Assembly (NCBI GenBank): GCA_030527285.1
Contig: JAUNBC010000004.1
Span: forward strand, 5,781 to 69,780
From: Bacillota bacterium
GTDB lineage: Bacteria; Bacillota; Dehalobacteriia; UBA4068
Reading direction: 5' to 3'
DNA: 64,000 bases
The notes under the pieces are model-generated. The model was not told the origin of the DNA and did not search any database. It saw nothing but the letters and a program-made list of their open reading frames with translations. This document shows, in pieces, positions 9,346 to 17,966 of this stretch; position 1 is the stretch's first letter; each line of letters opens with the position of its first letter. Made by a program: the position numbers and the translations under genes.

Positions 9346-9600
9346 ATGCGCTTGAGCGAGTTTGCCGATAAACGGATCATCAATATCTTTGACGGCGATA
9401 TATTGGGCATAGCCGGCGACAGCGATCTGCTGATCGAGCCGGACAGCGGCCGCATCCTTGAGATCATCGTGCCGGCGGGGCGCGGTTTTGGCGGCGCGGC
9501 GCGCCGTCAGCAGCTGGTCATCCCCTGGTCGGCGGTGAAAAAGGTCGGCTCGGAGGTGATCGTGGTCGAGCTCGAGGACGCGGTCAAATACTATCGCTGA
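9346..9600 (+). CDS. YlmC/YmxH family sporulation protein (PRC-barrel)
   Basis: 84 aa. MRLSEFADKRIINIFDGDILG...DLLIEPDSGRILEIIVP matches this family's pattern. Confidence 0.8.
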   Translation: MRLSEFADKRIINIFDGDILGIAGDSDLLIEPDSGRILEIIVPAGRGFGGAARRQQLVIPWSAVKKVGSEVIVVELEDAVKYYR

Positions 9601-9617
9601 TCCGCCCTGCGCATAAA

Positions 9618-9643
9618 TAAATCCTGCTGCGGCAGGATTTTTG
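9618..9643 (+). terminator. rho-independent terminator
   Basis: ATCCTGC-tgcg-GCAGGAT (9621-9638) followed by TTTT. Confidence 0.65.
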
Positions 9644-9710
9644 CGTATAGATACGGAATTTGTGCATATTCAGCTAATGACAAAATCGCGGTTCTGATAA
9701 GGAGAGGGCG

Positions 9711-10502
9711 ATGATCCGGATACTGTTAAGCGGCGCATATGGCAAAATGGGACGAGCCATGGCCGCCAATATACTAAAAGAGGACGATATGCGCATCGTC
9801 GCGGCGGTGGACGTCAAGGGCGTGGGTGAGGACGTCGGCCTGTTGGCCGGCTGCGCGGCCGCCGGAGTCAGCGTCGGCGGCGATCTGCGCGGCGCTATTG
9901 AGAGCGCGCGGCCCGACGTGCTGCTCGATTTTACCAATGCGCAGGCGGCGAATAAGAATGCGCGGCTGGCGCTGTCTATGGGTCTGCCCTGCGTGGTCGG
10001 CACCACCGGCCTCAGCGACGCTGATCTGGCGGAGCTGAGCGCGCTGTCGCTGGCTCATGACGCGCCCTTGTTCATCGCCGCTAACTTTGCCCTGTCGGCG
10101 GTGCTGATGATGCGCTTTGCCGCCGAGGCGGCAAAGTATTTTCCTGATTATGAGATCGTGGAGATGCACGGCGAGAATAAGCTCGACGCGCCCTCCGGCA
10201 CGGCGCTGGCGACGATGAAGATGATCGCCGCGGCGCGGGAGGCGCAGCCGTCGGCCGCCCAGGGCGGCTATGAGCTGTTGTCAGGCTGCCGCGGCGGCGA
10301 GTATCAGGGCGGGCGCGTGCACAGCCTGCGTTTGCCCGGCGCGGTGGCGGCGCAGGAATGCCTGTTTGGCGGGCTGGGTCAATATCTGAGCATCCGCCAT
10401 GACGCGACCTCGCGCGAATGCTTTTATCCGGGCGTGGCGCTGGCGCTGCGCAGGATCGGCGGACTGCGCGGTCTGGTGATGGGGCTGGAACAGATTATCT
10501 GA
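9711..10502 (+). CDS. dapB: 4-hydroxy-tetrahydrodipicolinate reductase
   Basis: EIVEMHGENKLDAPSGTA signature. N-terminal Rossmann GAYGKMG. Confidence 0.93.
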   Translation: MIRILLSGAYGKMGRAMAANILKEDDMRIVAAVDVKGVGEDVGLLAGCAAAGVSVGGDLRGAIESARPDVLLDFTNAQAANKNARLALSMGLPCVVGTTGLSDADLAELSALSLAHDAPLFIAANFALSAVLMMRFAAEAAKYFPDYEIVEMHGENKLDAPSGTALATMKMIAAAREAQPSAAQGGYELLSGCRGGEYQGGRVHSLRLPGAVAAQECLFGGLGQYLSIRHDATSRECFYPGVALALRRIGGLRGLVMGLEQII

Positions 10503-10539
10503 CGGCGCAAAACGCCTGTGATCCTGTGATATAGACGGA

Positions 10540-10601
10540 AAAAGACTCTCATGAGGCGGCGTAGCCTAAAGGCCATGCCGACTTGCGAGAGTCTTTTGTT
10601 T
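10540..10601 (+). terminator. long compound hairpin terminator after dapB
   Basis: Outer 11-bp stem AAAAGACTCTC / GAGAGTCTTTT (10540-10550 / 10587-10597). Inner stem GGCGTAGCC-taaa-GGCCATGCC (10558-10579). A-run upstream and T-run downstream. Confidence 0.7.
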
Positions 10602-10640
10602 AGCGGCAGATCCGGCGGCTGCGGCCGCGCCGGCTGAAAG

Positions 10641-10669
10641 CCATAAACGGCGTGCCGCGCCGTTTATGG
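10641..10669 (-). terminator. hairpin overlapping the stop codon of the DUF881 gene
   Basis: CCATAAACGGCG / CGCCGTTTATGG, a 12-bp stem with a 5-nt loop. Only a weak T-tract on the minus strand. Confidence 0.4.
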
Positions 10670-11434
10670 AAGCTCGGCGGCGGTTGTTTTTGGCGACGCG
10701 TATTCATAATCGCTGAGCTTAGCGGCGGGGATGATGATATTTTCATTATGCTTGATCGTGGGGAATACCTGATACAGCGTGTTGAGATTTTCGATGATGC
10801 CGCCCGGATAGGTGAGGCCGGTCTCCAGCGTGTCCGGATTACCGATAGCCTTGATGATCACCGGGAACAGCAGCTCCTCGCCGTCGAGCAGTATCACGTA
10901 GGTATCGCGGTATTGCATACGGCCGCTTTCGTCGTAGTAGCTTTTGATCGTCGCTTCCTCGCTGAGCAGGCTGCGGTTGGTGATGCGCGTATCGTTGATG
11001 GCGACGGCCTCCGCGCCCGATACCAACAGCTCGTTGATCAGGTCGATCAGGTCATAATACATCAGATTGCTGTCGCCGGCGATGGTGATGACCACGCCGG
11101 GGCCGGATACCGCCACCGTGCCCACGGCTTTTTGCAGGTTTTCGATATTCGCCTGCACCGTGGTGGTCAACGACATACCGGAGGCGACGATGGCTTCCGT
11201 CTCGGCTAATTGCGCGTTGAGCTGGTTTAGCTCGGCCTCCAGCATATCTTTGTTGTCGTTGACGCTTTTCATGATCATCGCCAGGTTAGCCGAGGATTCG
11301 TTTTGCAGCGACAGGTTCTCGGCTTTATTGGTCTGGTATTGCGCCATCACTAAAATACCGAAGCAGAGGAAGACCACCGTCATCGGTAATTGCCAGTATA
11401 AATGCGATCTGCGGTTTTTAGCTCGTTTGACCAT
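10664..11434 (-). CDS. DUF881 domain protein (YlxW/YlxX-like, division-cluster associated)
   Basis: Start chosen at MVKRAKNRRSHLYWQLPMTVVF (RBS GAGG, 22 nt after the sbp stop). TM segment, coiled coil, and the SGPGVVITIAGD motif typical of DUF881. Confidence 0.75.
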   Translation of the reverse strand: MVKRAKNRRSHLYWQLPMTVVFLCFGILVMAQYQTNKAENLSLQNESSANLAMIMKSVNDNKDMLEAELNQLNAQLAETEAIVASGMSLTTTVQANIENLQKAVGTVAVSGPGVVITIAGDSNLMYYDLIDLINELLVSGAEAVAINDTRITNRSLLSEEATIKSYYDESGRMQYRDTYVILLDGEELLFPVIIKAIGNPDTLETGLTYPGGIIENLNTLYQVFPTIKHNENIIIPAAKLSDYEYASPKTTAAELP

Positions 11435-11456
11435 ATTTACCTCGATCAGCCGCTCC

Positions 11457-11828
11457 CTATTCGCCGTCGCGGCGCGCCGCCTGCTGCCTGGCACTGCGGC
11501 GCTGCTCGATGATGACGTGGCGTATCGCGCCGATATTGTTGAAAATACGGAAGCCAAAGGCCACCACCGCCGCCAGATACAGATCCACGCCCAGCAGGTC
11601 GCCGAGATAGGCGAGCGCCGCCGCTAAGATCACGTTGACGAAGAAGCCGGACATCAGTATCGGCCCGTCGAATTTCTTTTCCAGTATCGCCCGCCAGCCG
11701 CCGAGCAGCGAATCAAGGCCGGCTAAGACGGCTATCGCCAGATAGCTGGCTAAATATATGGGTATCGACAAGGTCAGGGCGCTGCCGATCAGCATACCCA
11801 CGATCAGGCCCAGTAAGGGCAGCCACAT
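11457..11828 (-). CDS. sbp: small basic protein Sbp (DUF1290)
   Basis: 123 aa. Four hydrophobic segments and a basic C-terminus. Sits between two DUF881 genes, as in Bacillus ylxX-ylxW-sbp. Confidence 0.8.
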   Translation of the reverse strand: MWLPLLGLIVGMLIGSALTLSIPIYLASYLAIAVLAGLDSLLGGWRAILEKKFDGPILMSGFFVNVILAAALAYLGDLLGVDLYLAAVVAFGFRIFNNIGAIRHVIIEQRRSARQQAARRDGE

Positions 11829-11847
11829 AAGTTATACCTCCCCGCGG

Positions 11848-12591
11848 CTAATTATTGCTGGCTATCGTAGAATAAAGCGTCGAATAGACGCCGTTATAAG
11901 CCGGTACTTCCACCTCGCTGCTGACGCTGACCTTGATCGGGATCTGCCGGTATACCAGCGCGGCATAGCGAGCCGAGCCTTCCAGCGCCTGCTGCAGCGC
12001 CGCCGCATCGCCGATCACCCGCAGTTCATAGGGCGGCGCCAGACGGCTGGAATTGACCATGATCACCGTGCCGACGCAGCGTATCGAGGCCGAATTGGCA
12101 AAGCGGATATTGTTCACCGCGATGGCCTCGGCATGACCGGCCAGAGCGCGGATCAGATACAGCAAATCTTTATCATGCACCAGATAATGCTCGGCGTTAT
12201 AAGTGGTGGGATTATTCTTTTGCGCCAGCTCCGCGCCGACGGAATTATCGTCGATGACGATGATCAGCCCTTCGCCGCTCAGCTCCGTATAGCCGGCGTA
12301 GTCGTTGAGCCGCTCCAGCTGCTCGTTCTTGGCCGCCAGCAGCGTGCGCTCCTCCACCTGCTCCGATTGCAGGGCGGCGATAGCGTCGCGGGTGTTGCGT
12401 ATTTCCGTCTCCAGCTCGGCGATACGCAGCTCGTTCTCCTCGATATAGGCGATCAGTTCGGCGTTGGTGTTCTCGGCGTTGGCGTTGGCGGCCTGATTGG
12501 TATTGATCGAGAGCATCACAAGAAAGCCCAGCACTACTGCAAGCAGGGATAAGAACAGCAGATTTTTTTGTTCGAGCTTGCTATGACGCAT
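11848..12591 (-). CDS. DUF881 domain protein
   Basis: N-terminal TM segment, coiled coil (IAELETEIRNTRDAIAALQSE), DUF881-type C-terminal domain (GEGLIIVIDD). Confidence 0.8.
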   Translation of the reverse strand: MRHSKLEQKNLLFLSLLAVVLGFLVMLSINTNQAANANAENTNAELIAYIEENELRIAELETEIRNTRDAIAALQSEQVEERTLLAAKNEQLERLNDYAGYTELSGEGLIIVIDDNSVGAELAQKNNPTTYNAEHYLVHDKDLLYLIRALAGHAEAIAVNNIRFANSASIRCVGTVIMVNSSRLAPPYELRVIGDAAALQQALEGSARYAALVYRQIPIKVSVSSEVEVPAYNGVYSTLYSTIASNN

Positions 12592-12641
12592 CGTTTGCTC
12601 TCCGCTTGCTCCGGAAACGCCGCCGCCGCGGGTATATATTG

Positions 12642-12670
12642 ATTATACTACAGATTTGCGTTCCGTCCAA
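12642..12670 (-). promoter_or_regulatory. sigma-A type promoter for the DUF881-sbp-DUF881 operon
   Basis: Minus strand: TTGGAC (complement of 12665-12670), 17 nt, TATAAT (complement of 12642-12647). Confidence 0.6.
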
Positions 12671-12769
12671 CAGCTAATAATGGCAAAAACGCATTAAATA
12701 TGGACTGACAAAGGGATTTTATTATCAGCGTCGAAATAAAAAAAGCAGGTGTAATAGGGGGTATACGCG

Positions 12770-13603
12770 ATGTTTGCATCCTTGATGACTGCTTTTAACG
12801 AGATGACGGCATGGACGGTAGTGGCCGCCGTCGCCGATATAGCGATACTGTCCTACGTCATTTATAAGCTGCTGCTGCTGATACGCGGTACGCGCGCCGT
12901 ACAGTTGATCAAGGGCTTGCTGATATTGCTGATCGTCGCTTTTTTGGCGGAGTTTCTCGGTCTAAAAGCTATTGACTGGATACTCGACCAGTTCTGGGCG
13001 GTGATATTCGTGGCGCTGGCGGTGATATTCCAGCCGGAGCTGCGGCGGGCGTTGGAATCCATCGGCCGCGGCAATATTTTGTTCAACGTGCGCAATTCGG
13101 CGCTCGATACCGGCGCTATCGCTCATTTGATCGACGAGATCGTCGGCGCTTTGGTTTCCTGCGCCAAGGATAAAACCGGTATGCTGCTGCTGATCGAGCG
13201 CGATACCGGCTTGAACGACTATATCGAGACCGGCGTTTTGGTCGATGCGGCGGTCAGCGAGGAATTGCTGGTGAATATTTTCGTACCGAATACGCCGCTG
13301 CATGACGGCGCGACGATCATTCGCGGCGAGCGCGTCATCTCCGCCGCCTGCTTCCTGCCGTTATCCGATAATCCCTATATCAGCATCTCGCTGGGCACGC
13401 GGCATCGCGCGGCGATCGGCGTCACCGAGGTTTCCGACTCGCTGGCGCTGGTGGTGTCCGAGGAGACCGGCACCATATCCATGGCCAATGGCGGCAAGCT
13501 GCTGCGGCATTTGGATGAAAAACAGCTGCGGGAGATACTATCGGCGGAATTATTTGAGCTGGGTAAGGCCAAGCCCTTTTGGAAGAAAGGGGGCGCTAAA
13601 TAA
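12770..13603 (+). CDS. cdaA: diadenylate cyclase CdaA (c-di-AMP synthase)
   Basis: Three N-terminal TM helices plus DisA_N domain motifs DGATIIRG and RHRAAIGVTE. Confidence 0.92.
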   Translation: MFASLMTAFNEMTAWTVVAAVADIAILSYVIYKLLLLIRGTRAVQLIKGLLILLIVAFLAEFLGLKAIDWILDQFWAVIFVALAVIFQPELRRALESIGRGNILFNVRNSALDTGAIAHLIDEIVGALVSCAKDKTGMLLLIERDTGLNDYIETGVLVDAAVSEELLVNIFVPNTPLHDGATIIRGERVISAACFLPLSDNPYISISLGTRHRAAIGVTEVSDSLALVVSEETGTISMANGGKLLRHLDEKQLREILSAELFELGKAKPFWKKGGAK

Positions 13604-14829
13604 TGGCGGAGCAAAAAGGATGGCGGCAGCGGATCTGGGATCCGCCCAAGTATTACGGCTACAAGATCAGCGCCGTGCTGTTGGCGCTTATGCTGTGGAT
13701 ATTCGTCACCGTGCCGCAGCCCTCGGCTGAGCAATTATATACGGTGCCTATCGAAATGCGTAATCTCAACAGCGAGCTGACGCTGACCGAGACGAATTAT
13801 CAGGCGCAGGTGCGCGTCAGCGGCAGCGCCGCCAGTATTGCCGCGCTGTCCTCGCGCTATATCGCGGCTTATGTCGATTTTACCGATGTGATGGCCGGCG
13901 AGGCTACGCTGGAAGTGCAATTGGAGCCGCTGCCGGATAACGTGCAGCTGATATCGGTATCGCCGACCTCGATCACCGTGACGCTGGAGGAAGTGGCCAG
14001 CCGTGATTATACGGTGGAGCCGCGTATCAGCGGCCAGCCGGATGAGAATTCGACGATACTCGACCCGGTGATCACGCCGTCTCTGGTCACGGTAGGCGGC
14101 GCGGAGGAGTATCTGTCGATCATCGGCTCGGTATTCGTGCATGCTGATATAGGCGGTATCACCACCAATTACAATCAGAATTTGGCGGTGGAGATCGAGG
14201 ATACGGAAGGCAATGATATAACGCAGCATTTCGTCATCAGTCCCAGCTCGGTGCAGGTTATGATACCGGTGATCTACGCGCAGCCGGAGAAGGCGCTGGC
14301 TGTTTCGGTACCGCTGACCGGCGAGACGGCGGAAGGCTATCAGGTATCGCGCGTGGTGGTGGAACCGGCGACGGTGCGCGCTTTCGGCGCGGTGGCGGCC
14401 TTGAACGCCCTCTATTATCTGGAAACAGAGCCGGTGGATATCAGCGGTCTTAGCGCTAATCATACGGTGACGGTGCGCGTATTGCCGCCTGCCGGTATCG
14501 AGGTGGATACCGCTACGGTGACGGTGGTGGTACAGGTGCAGGCTACGGCTACGCAGGAATACAGCAGCGTTATCGAATTGCTCAATGCCGATGAAACGCT
14601 CAGCTACAATCTCAGCGACAGCCAATGCGTGATCACGGTCAGCGGGCCGGCGGAGGAGATAGCGGCGCTGAATGAGGACGATATTCGCGTCTACGTTGAC
14701 GTCGCCGGTCTGGGCGAGGGCGAGCATCTGCTGACCGTGGAGGCGACGACGTCCGGCAATATCGAACTGCAACTGGCGGTACCGGCGCAGGTAACGCTGC
14801 TGATCGAGCAGCAGCCGGCAGGGGAATGA
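13603..14829 (+). CDS. cdaR: CdaA regulatory protein CdaR (YbbR-domain repeats)
   Basis: The ATG overlaps the cdaA TAA. N-terminal TM segment followed by repeated YbbR-like beta domains. Canonical position after cdaA. Confidence 0.85.
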   Translation: MAEQKGWRQRIWDPPKYYGYKISAVLLALMLWIFVTVPQPSAEQLYTVPIEMRNLNSELTLTETNYQAQVRVSGSAASIAALSSRYIAAYVDFTDVMAGEATLEVQLEPLPDNVQLISVSPTSITVTLEEVASRDYTVEPRISGQPDENSTILDPVITPSLVTVGGAEEYLSIIGSVFVHADIGGITTNYNQNLAVEIEDTEGNDITQHFVISPSSVQVMIPVIYAQPEKALAVSVPLTGETAEGYQVSRVVVEPATVRAFGAVAALNALYYLETEPVDISGLSANHTVTVRVLPPAGIEVDTATVTVVVQVQATATQEYSSVIELLNADETLSYNLSDSQCVITVSGPAEEIAALNEDDIRVYVDVAGLGEGEHLLTVEATTSGNIELQLAVPAQVTLLIEQQPAGE

Positions 14830-16403
14830 GCGCGGGCGCCGCTCGCGGCGGCCGGCTCAATGGCGTCAAGCTGCCGCTGTCCGCGATCAAGAACGCGGAG
14901 GAGGAGCGTGAGCTGCTGCGGCAGGCGGTGAGCAAAAAAGGCGGCGGCCGCGATTTTGTGATATTGAGAAAGTCCTTGGACGCCCGTGAACATGGGCGTT
15001 TGAGCTATGTGTATAATGTCGGCTGGGGCGCGGCGGCTCAGCCGCTTGCGCTGGCCGTGGGCAATAGCTGGCGCGGGCCGCAGCCGCTGATCGTCGGCGC
15101 GGGGCCGGCGGGGTTATTCGCCGCCTATGCGCTGGCGCTGGCCGGCGCGCGGCCGGTCGTGCTGGAGCAGGGGCGCGACGTGGAGCGCCGCGCGGAGGAC
15201 GTGCAGCGCTTCTGGCGAGATGGCGTTTTGGACGCCAGCAGCAATATCCAATTCGGCGAGGGCGGCGCGGGCGCTTTCTCCGACGGCAAGCTGACGGCGC
15301 GTAATCGTGATAAGCTGACCGCCCGCGTATTTGACGTTTTCATCGCTTGCGGCGCGGATCCGAGCATCGCCTATTGGCATAAGCCGCATCTCGGCTCGGA
15401 TCGCCTGCCGCTGATCGTTGCCAATCTGCGGCGGCAGATCATCGCCCAAGGCGGCGAATTCCGCTATCAGAGCAGGCTTACGGATATCGAGAGCGCCGGC
15501 GGGCGGCTATGCGCGATCAGCGTCAGCGACGGCGCAAGCGAACGGCAGCTGGAGGCGCAGACGCTGATACTCGCCACCGGCAACGGCGCGCGCGGCGTTT
15601 ACCGGATGCTGGCGCGGCGCGGAGTGGCTATGCAGGCCAAGGCCTTTGCCGTGGGATTGCGCATCGAGCAGGAGCAGGCGTTGATCGACGCGGCGCAATA
15701 CGGGAGCGAGGCCGGGCATCCGCTATTGGGCGCGGCTGATTATCAGCTCAGCTATCAGGATCACAGGCGGCGGCGCGGCTGCTATACCTTTTGCAATTGT
15801 CCGGGAGGTTATATCGTTAACGCCGCCAGCGCGCCGGACGGCGTACTGGTCAACGGCGTATCCGAGGCGGCGCGCGACAGCGGGCGCGCCAATGCCGCGG
15901 TGGTGGCGCAGGTCGTCCCGGGGCGCGAATTCGGTACGGGACCGCTGGACGGCCTCGACTATCAGCAGCGGCTGGAGCGCGCGGCCTTTGCCGCGGGCGG
16001 CGGCGGCCATGGCTTGCCGGTGCAGTCGGCGGCGGCCTTCTGCGGCGAGGCGGAGCAGGAGATCAGCGAACGCTTTCAGCCGCGCACGGCGGCGTGGCGG
16101 CGGGCGGAGCTGGCGGAAATACTGGGCGAGGATATCAGCGGCAGTATTGCCGACGCTTTGCGTCATTGGCAGCAGCAGCTGCGCGGTTTTTGCCAGGGGG
16201 CGGTGCTGGCGGCGGTAGAGAGCCGTACGTCGGCGCCGCTGCGTATCTTGCGCGGCGACGACCGGCAGGCGCTGAACCTGCGCGGGCTTTATCCGGCGGG
16301 CGAGGGCGCGGGCTATGCCGGCGGCATCATCAGCTCGGCCGCGGACGGTTTGAAAACGGCGCTGGCAGTCATAGAAGCTAAACGGCAGCATACATTAGGA
16401 TAA
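14826..16403 (+). CDS. FAD-dependent protein, COG2509-like (function unknown)
   Basis: The ATG overlaps the cdaR stop (ATGA). N-terminal SLDAR-containing domain, then dinucleotide fold LIVGAGPAGLFAAYALALAGARPVVLEQG. C-terminal LYPAGEGAGYAGGI motif. Confidence 0.75.
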   Translation: MSAGAARGGRLNGVKLPLSAIKNAEEERELLRQAVSKKGGGRDFVILRKSLDAREHGRLSYVYNVGWGAAAQPLALAVGNSWRGPQPLIVGAGPAGLFAAYALALAGARPVVLEQGRDVERRAEDVQRFWRDGVLDASSNIQFGEGGAGAFSDGKLTARNRDKLTARVFDVFIACGADPSIAYWHKPHLGSDRLPLIVANLRRQIIAQGGEFRYQSRLTDIESAGGRLCAISVSDGASERQLEAQTLILATGNGARGVYRMLARRGVAMQAKAFAVGLRIEQEQALIDAAQYGSEAGHPLLGAADYQLSYQDHRRRRGCYTFCNCPGGYIVNAASAPDGVLVNGVSEAARDSGRANAAVVAQVVPGREFGTGPLDGLDYQQRLERAAFAAGGGGHGLPVQSAAAFCGEAEQEISERFQPRTAAWRRAELAEILGEDISGSIADALRHWQQQLRGFCQGAVLAAVESRTSAPLRILRGDDRQALNLRGLYPAGEGAGYAGGIISSAADGLKTALAVIEAKRQHTLG

Positions 16404-16444
16404 GGCCGGCGGGGATGAGCATACCGGCCGCATGGAGGTAAGCT

Positions 16445-17785
16445 ATGGGCAATTTCTTTGGTACGGACGGAGTGCGCGGGCGCGTCAATTTGACCTTGAC
16501 CGCCGAGCTGGCCATGAATATCGGTATGGCGGCGGCGCAGGTCTTGGCCTGCGGCAAGGGTCAGCGCCCGCTGATCGTTATCGGCCGCGATACGCGTATT
16601 TCCGGCGATATGCTGGAGGCGGCTCTGGCCGCCGGTATCACCGCCGTGGGTGCGGACGCGGTGCTGCTGGGCGTGATCCCGACGCCCGGCGTGGCGGCGC
16701 TGATGCGGCAAATGAACGCCGCCGCCGGCGTGGTGATCTCCGCCTCGCATAATCCTTACTACGATAACGGCATCAAGATCTTCTCCGAGGGCGGGCGCAA
16801 GCTGCCGGATGAATTGGAGGCGCAGATCGAGAGCCGTCTGGCCGGTATCGAGCATATCGAGCGCGCCATGGACGGGCATATCGGCAAAATTCGCTATTAC
16901 GTGGGCGCGTCCGAGCTGTATATGAAGCTGCTGCTGGAAACGCAGGCGGTGGATGCGCGCGGCTTGAAAATAGTCGTCGATTGCGCTAACGGCGCGATCT
17001 CGCCGATCGCCGCGCCGCTGTTTTCCGCGCTGGGCGCGGAGGTGGTGACTATCGCCGACCGTCCGGACGGCCTCAATATCAACGACCATTGCGGCTCCAC
17101 GCATATCGAGCCGCTGTGTCAGCGGGTGTTGGCCGAGCATGCCGATCTGGGGCTGGCCTTTGACGGCGACGCCGACCGGCTGCTGGCCGTCGATCATCAG
17201 GGCGAGCAGGTGGACGGCGATCAGCTGCTGGCGATATTCGCCGCCTATTTGCAGGCCGAGGGCGCGCTGCGTAATAATGTCGCCGTGGGCACGCTGATGA
17301 GCAATCTCGGCTTGAAGCTGGCGTTGCAGGAGTTGGGCGTGGCATTTGCGCAGACGCAGGTCGGCGACCGCTATGTGCTGGAAAAGATGGGCGAGCTGGA
17401 TGCGGTCTTAGGCGGCGAGCAATCGGGGCATATCATCCTTGCCGAGTACAATTCCACCGGCGACGGGGCGGCGGCAGCGCTGCTGCTGCTCAAGGTGATG
17501 GCCAGCAGCGGCAAAAGCCTGCATGAGCTGCGTCAGGTGATGCGCCGCTATCCGCAGGTCATCCAAAACGTCCATTGCGGCGATAAGCATGGCTGGCAGC
17601 GGCATCAGCCGATAGTCAGCGCCGTGGCGGCGGCCGAGGCCGAGCTGAGCGGCAGCGGGCGCGTGCTGATGCGTCCCTCCGGCACCGAGCCGCTGATCCG
17701 CGTGATGGCCGAGGGCGAGGACGAGCGGCAGCTGCAGCGTCTGGTGCAAAGCATCGCCGAGGCGATCAAGGATTGTTCGCTCTGA
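16445..17785 (+). CDS. glmM: phosphoglucosamine mutase
   Basis: MGNFFGTDGVRG start. Phosphoserine loop SASHNPYYDNGIK. RBS GGAGGT. Confidence 0.95.
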   Translation: MGNFFGTDGVRGRVNLTLTAELAMNIGMAAAQVLACGKGQRPLIVIGRDTRISGDMLEAALAAGITAVGADAVLLGVIPTPGVAALMRQMNAAAGVVISASHNPYYDNGIKIFSEGGRKLPDELEAQIESRLAGIEHIERAMDGHIGKIRYYVGASELYMKLLLETQAVDARGLKIVVDCANGAISPIAAPLFSALGAEVVTIADRPDGLNINDHCGSTHIEPLCQRVLAEHADLGLAFDGDADRLLAVDHQGEQVDGDQLLAIFAAYLQAEGALRNNVAVGTLMSNLGLKLALQELGVAFAQTQVGDRYVLEKMGELDAVLGGEQSGHIILAEYNSTGDGAAAALLLLKVMASSGKSLHELRQVMRRYPQVIQNVHCGDKHGWQRHQPIVSAVAAAEAELSGSGRVLMRPSGTEPLIRVMAEGEDERQLQRLVQSIAEAIKDCSL

Positions 17786-17814
17786 CGTCATCGTTTTGCT
17801 GATAATGAAAGCAA

Positions 17815-17864
17815 GAAACAGCAGTGCTAAGGCGCGCCGCCTAAACCGTACTGCTGTTTTTTTG
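17815..17864 (+). terminator. rho-independent terminator after glmM
   Basis: AACAGCAGT / ACTGCTGTT stem (17817-17825 / 17850-17858) followed by a T-run to 17863. Confidence 0.75.
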
Positions 17865-17872
17865 CGCGGGGC

Positions 17873-17901
17873 TTGACAGCCGCCGTATTTTGCCATATAA
17901 T
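17873..17901 (+). promoter_or_regulatory. sigma-A type promoter
   Basis: Perfect TTGACA (17873-17878), 17 nt, perfect TATAAT (17896-17901). Confidence 0.75.
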
Positions 17902-17966
17902 GTATTTGGGAAAAATTGAAGAAAAAACAATTGTTTCGTCTCACGGGAGGCGGAAGGGAGAGAAAT

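Noticed and set aside
13735-14772. 345-aa minus-strand ORF antisense to cdaR
   Set aside because: The composition is extremely Arg/His/Gln/Leu-rich with no motifs and no RBS. It is a typical shadow ORF of a GC-rich coding strand, and the plus-strand gene has clear YbbR-domain identity and operon coupling.
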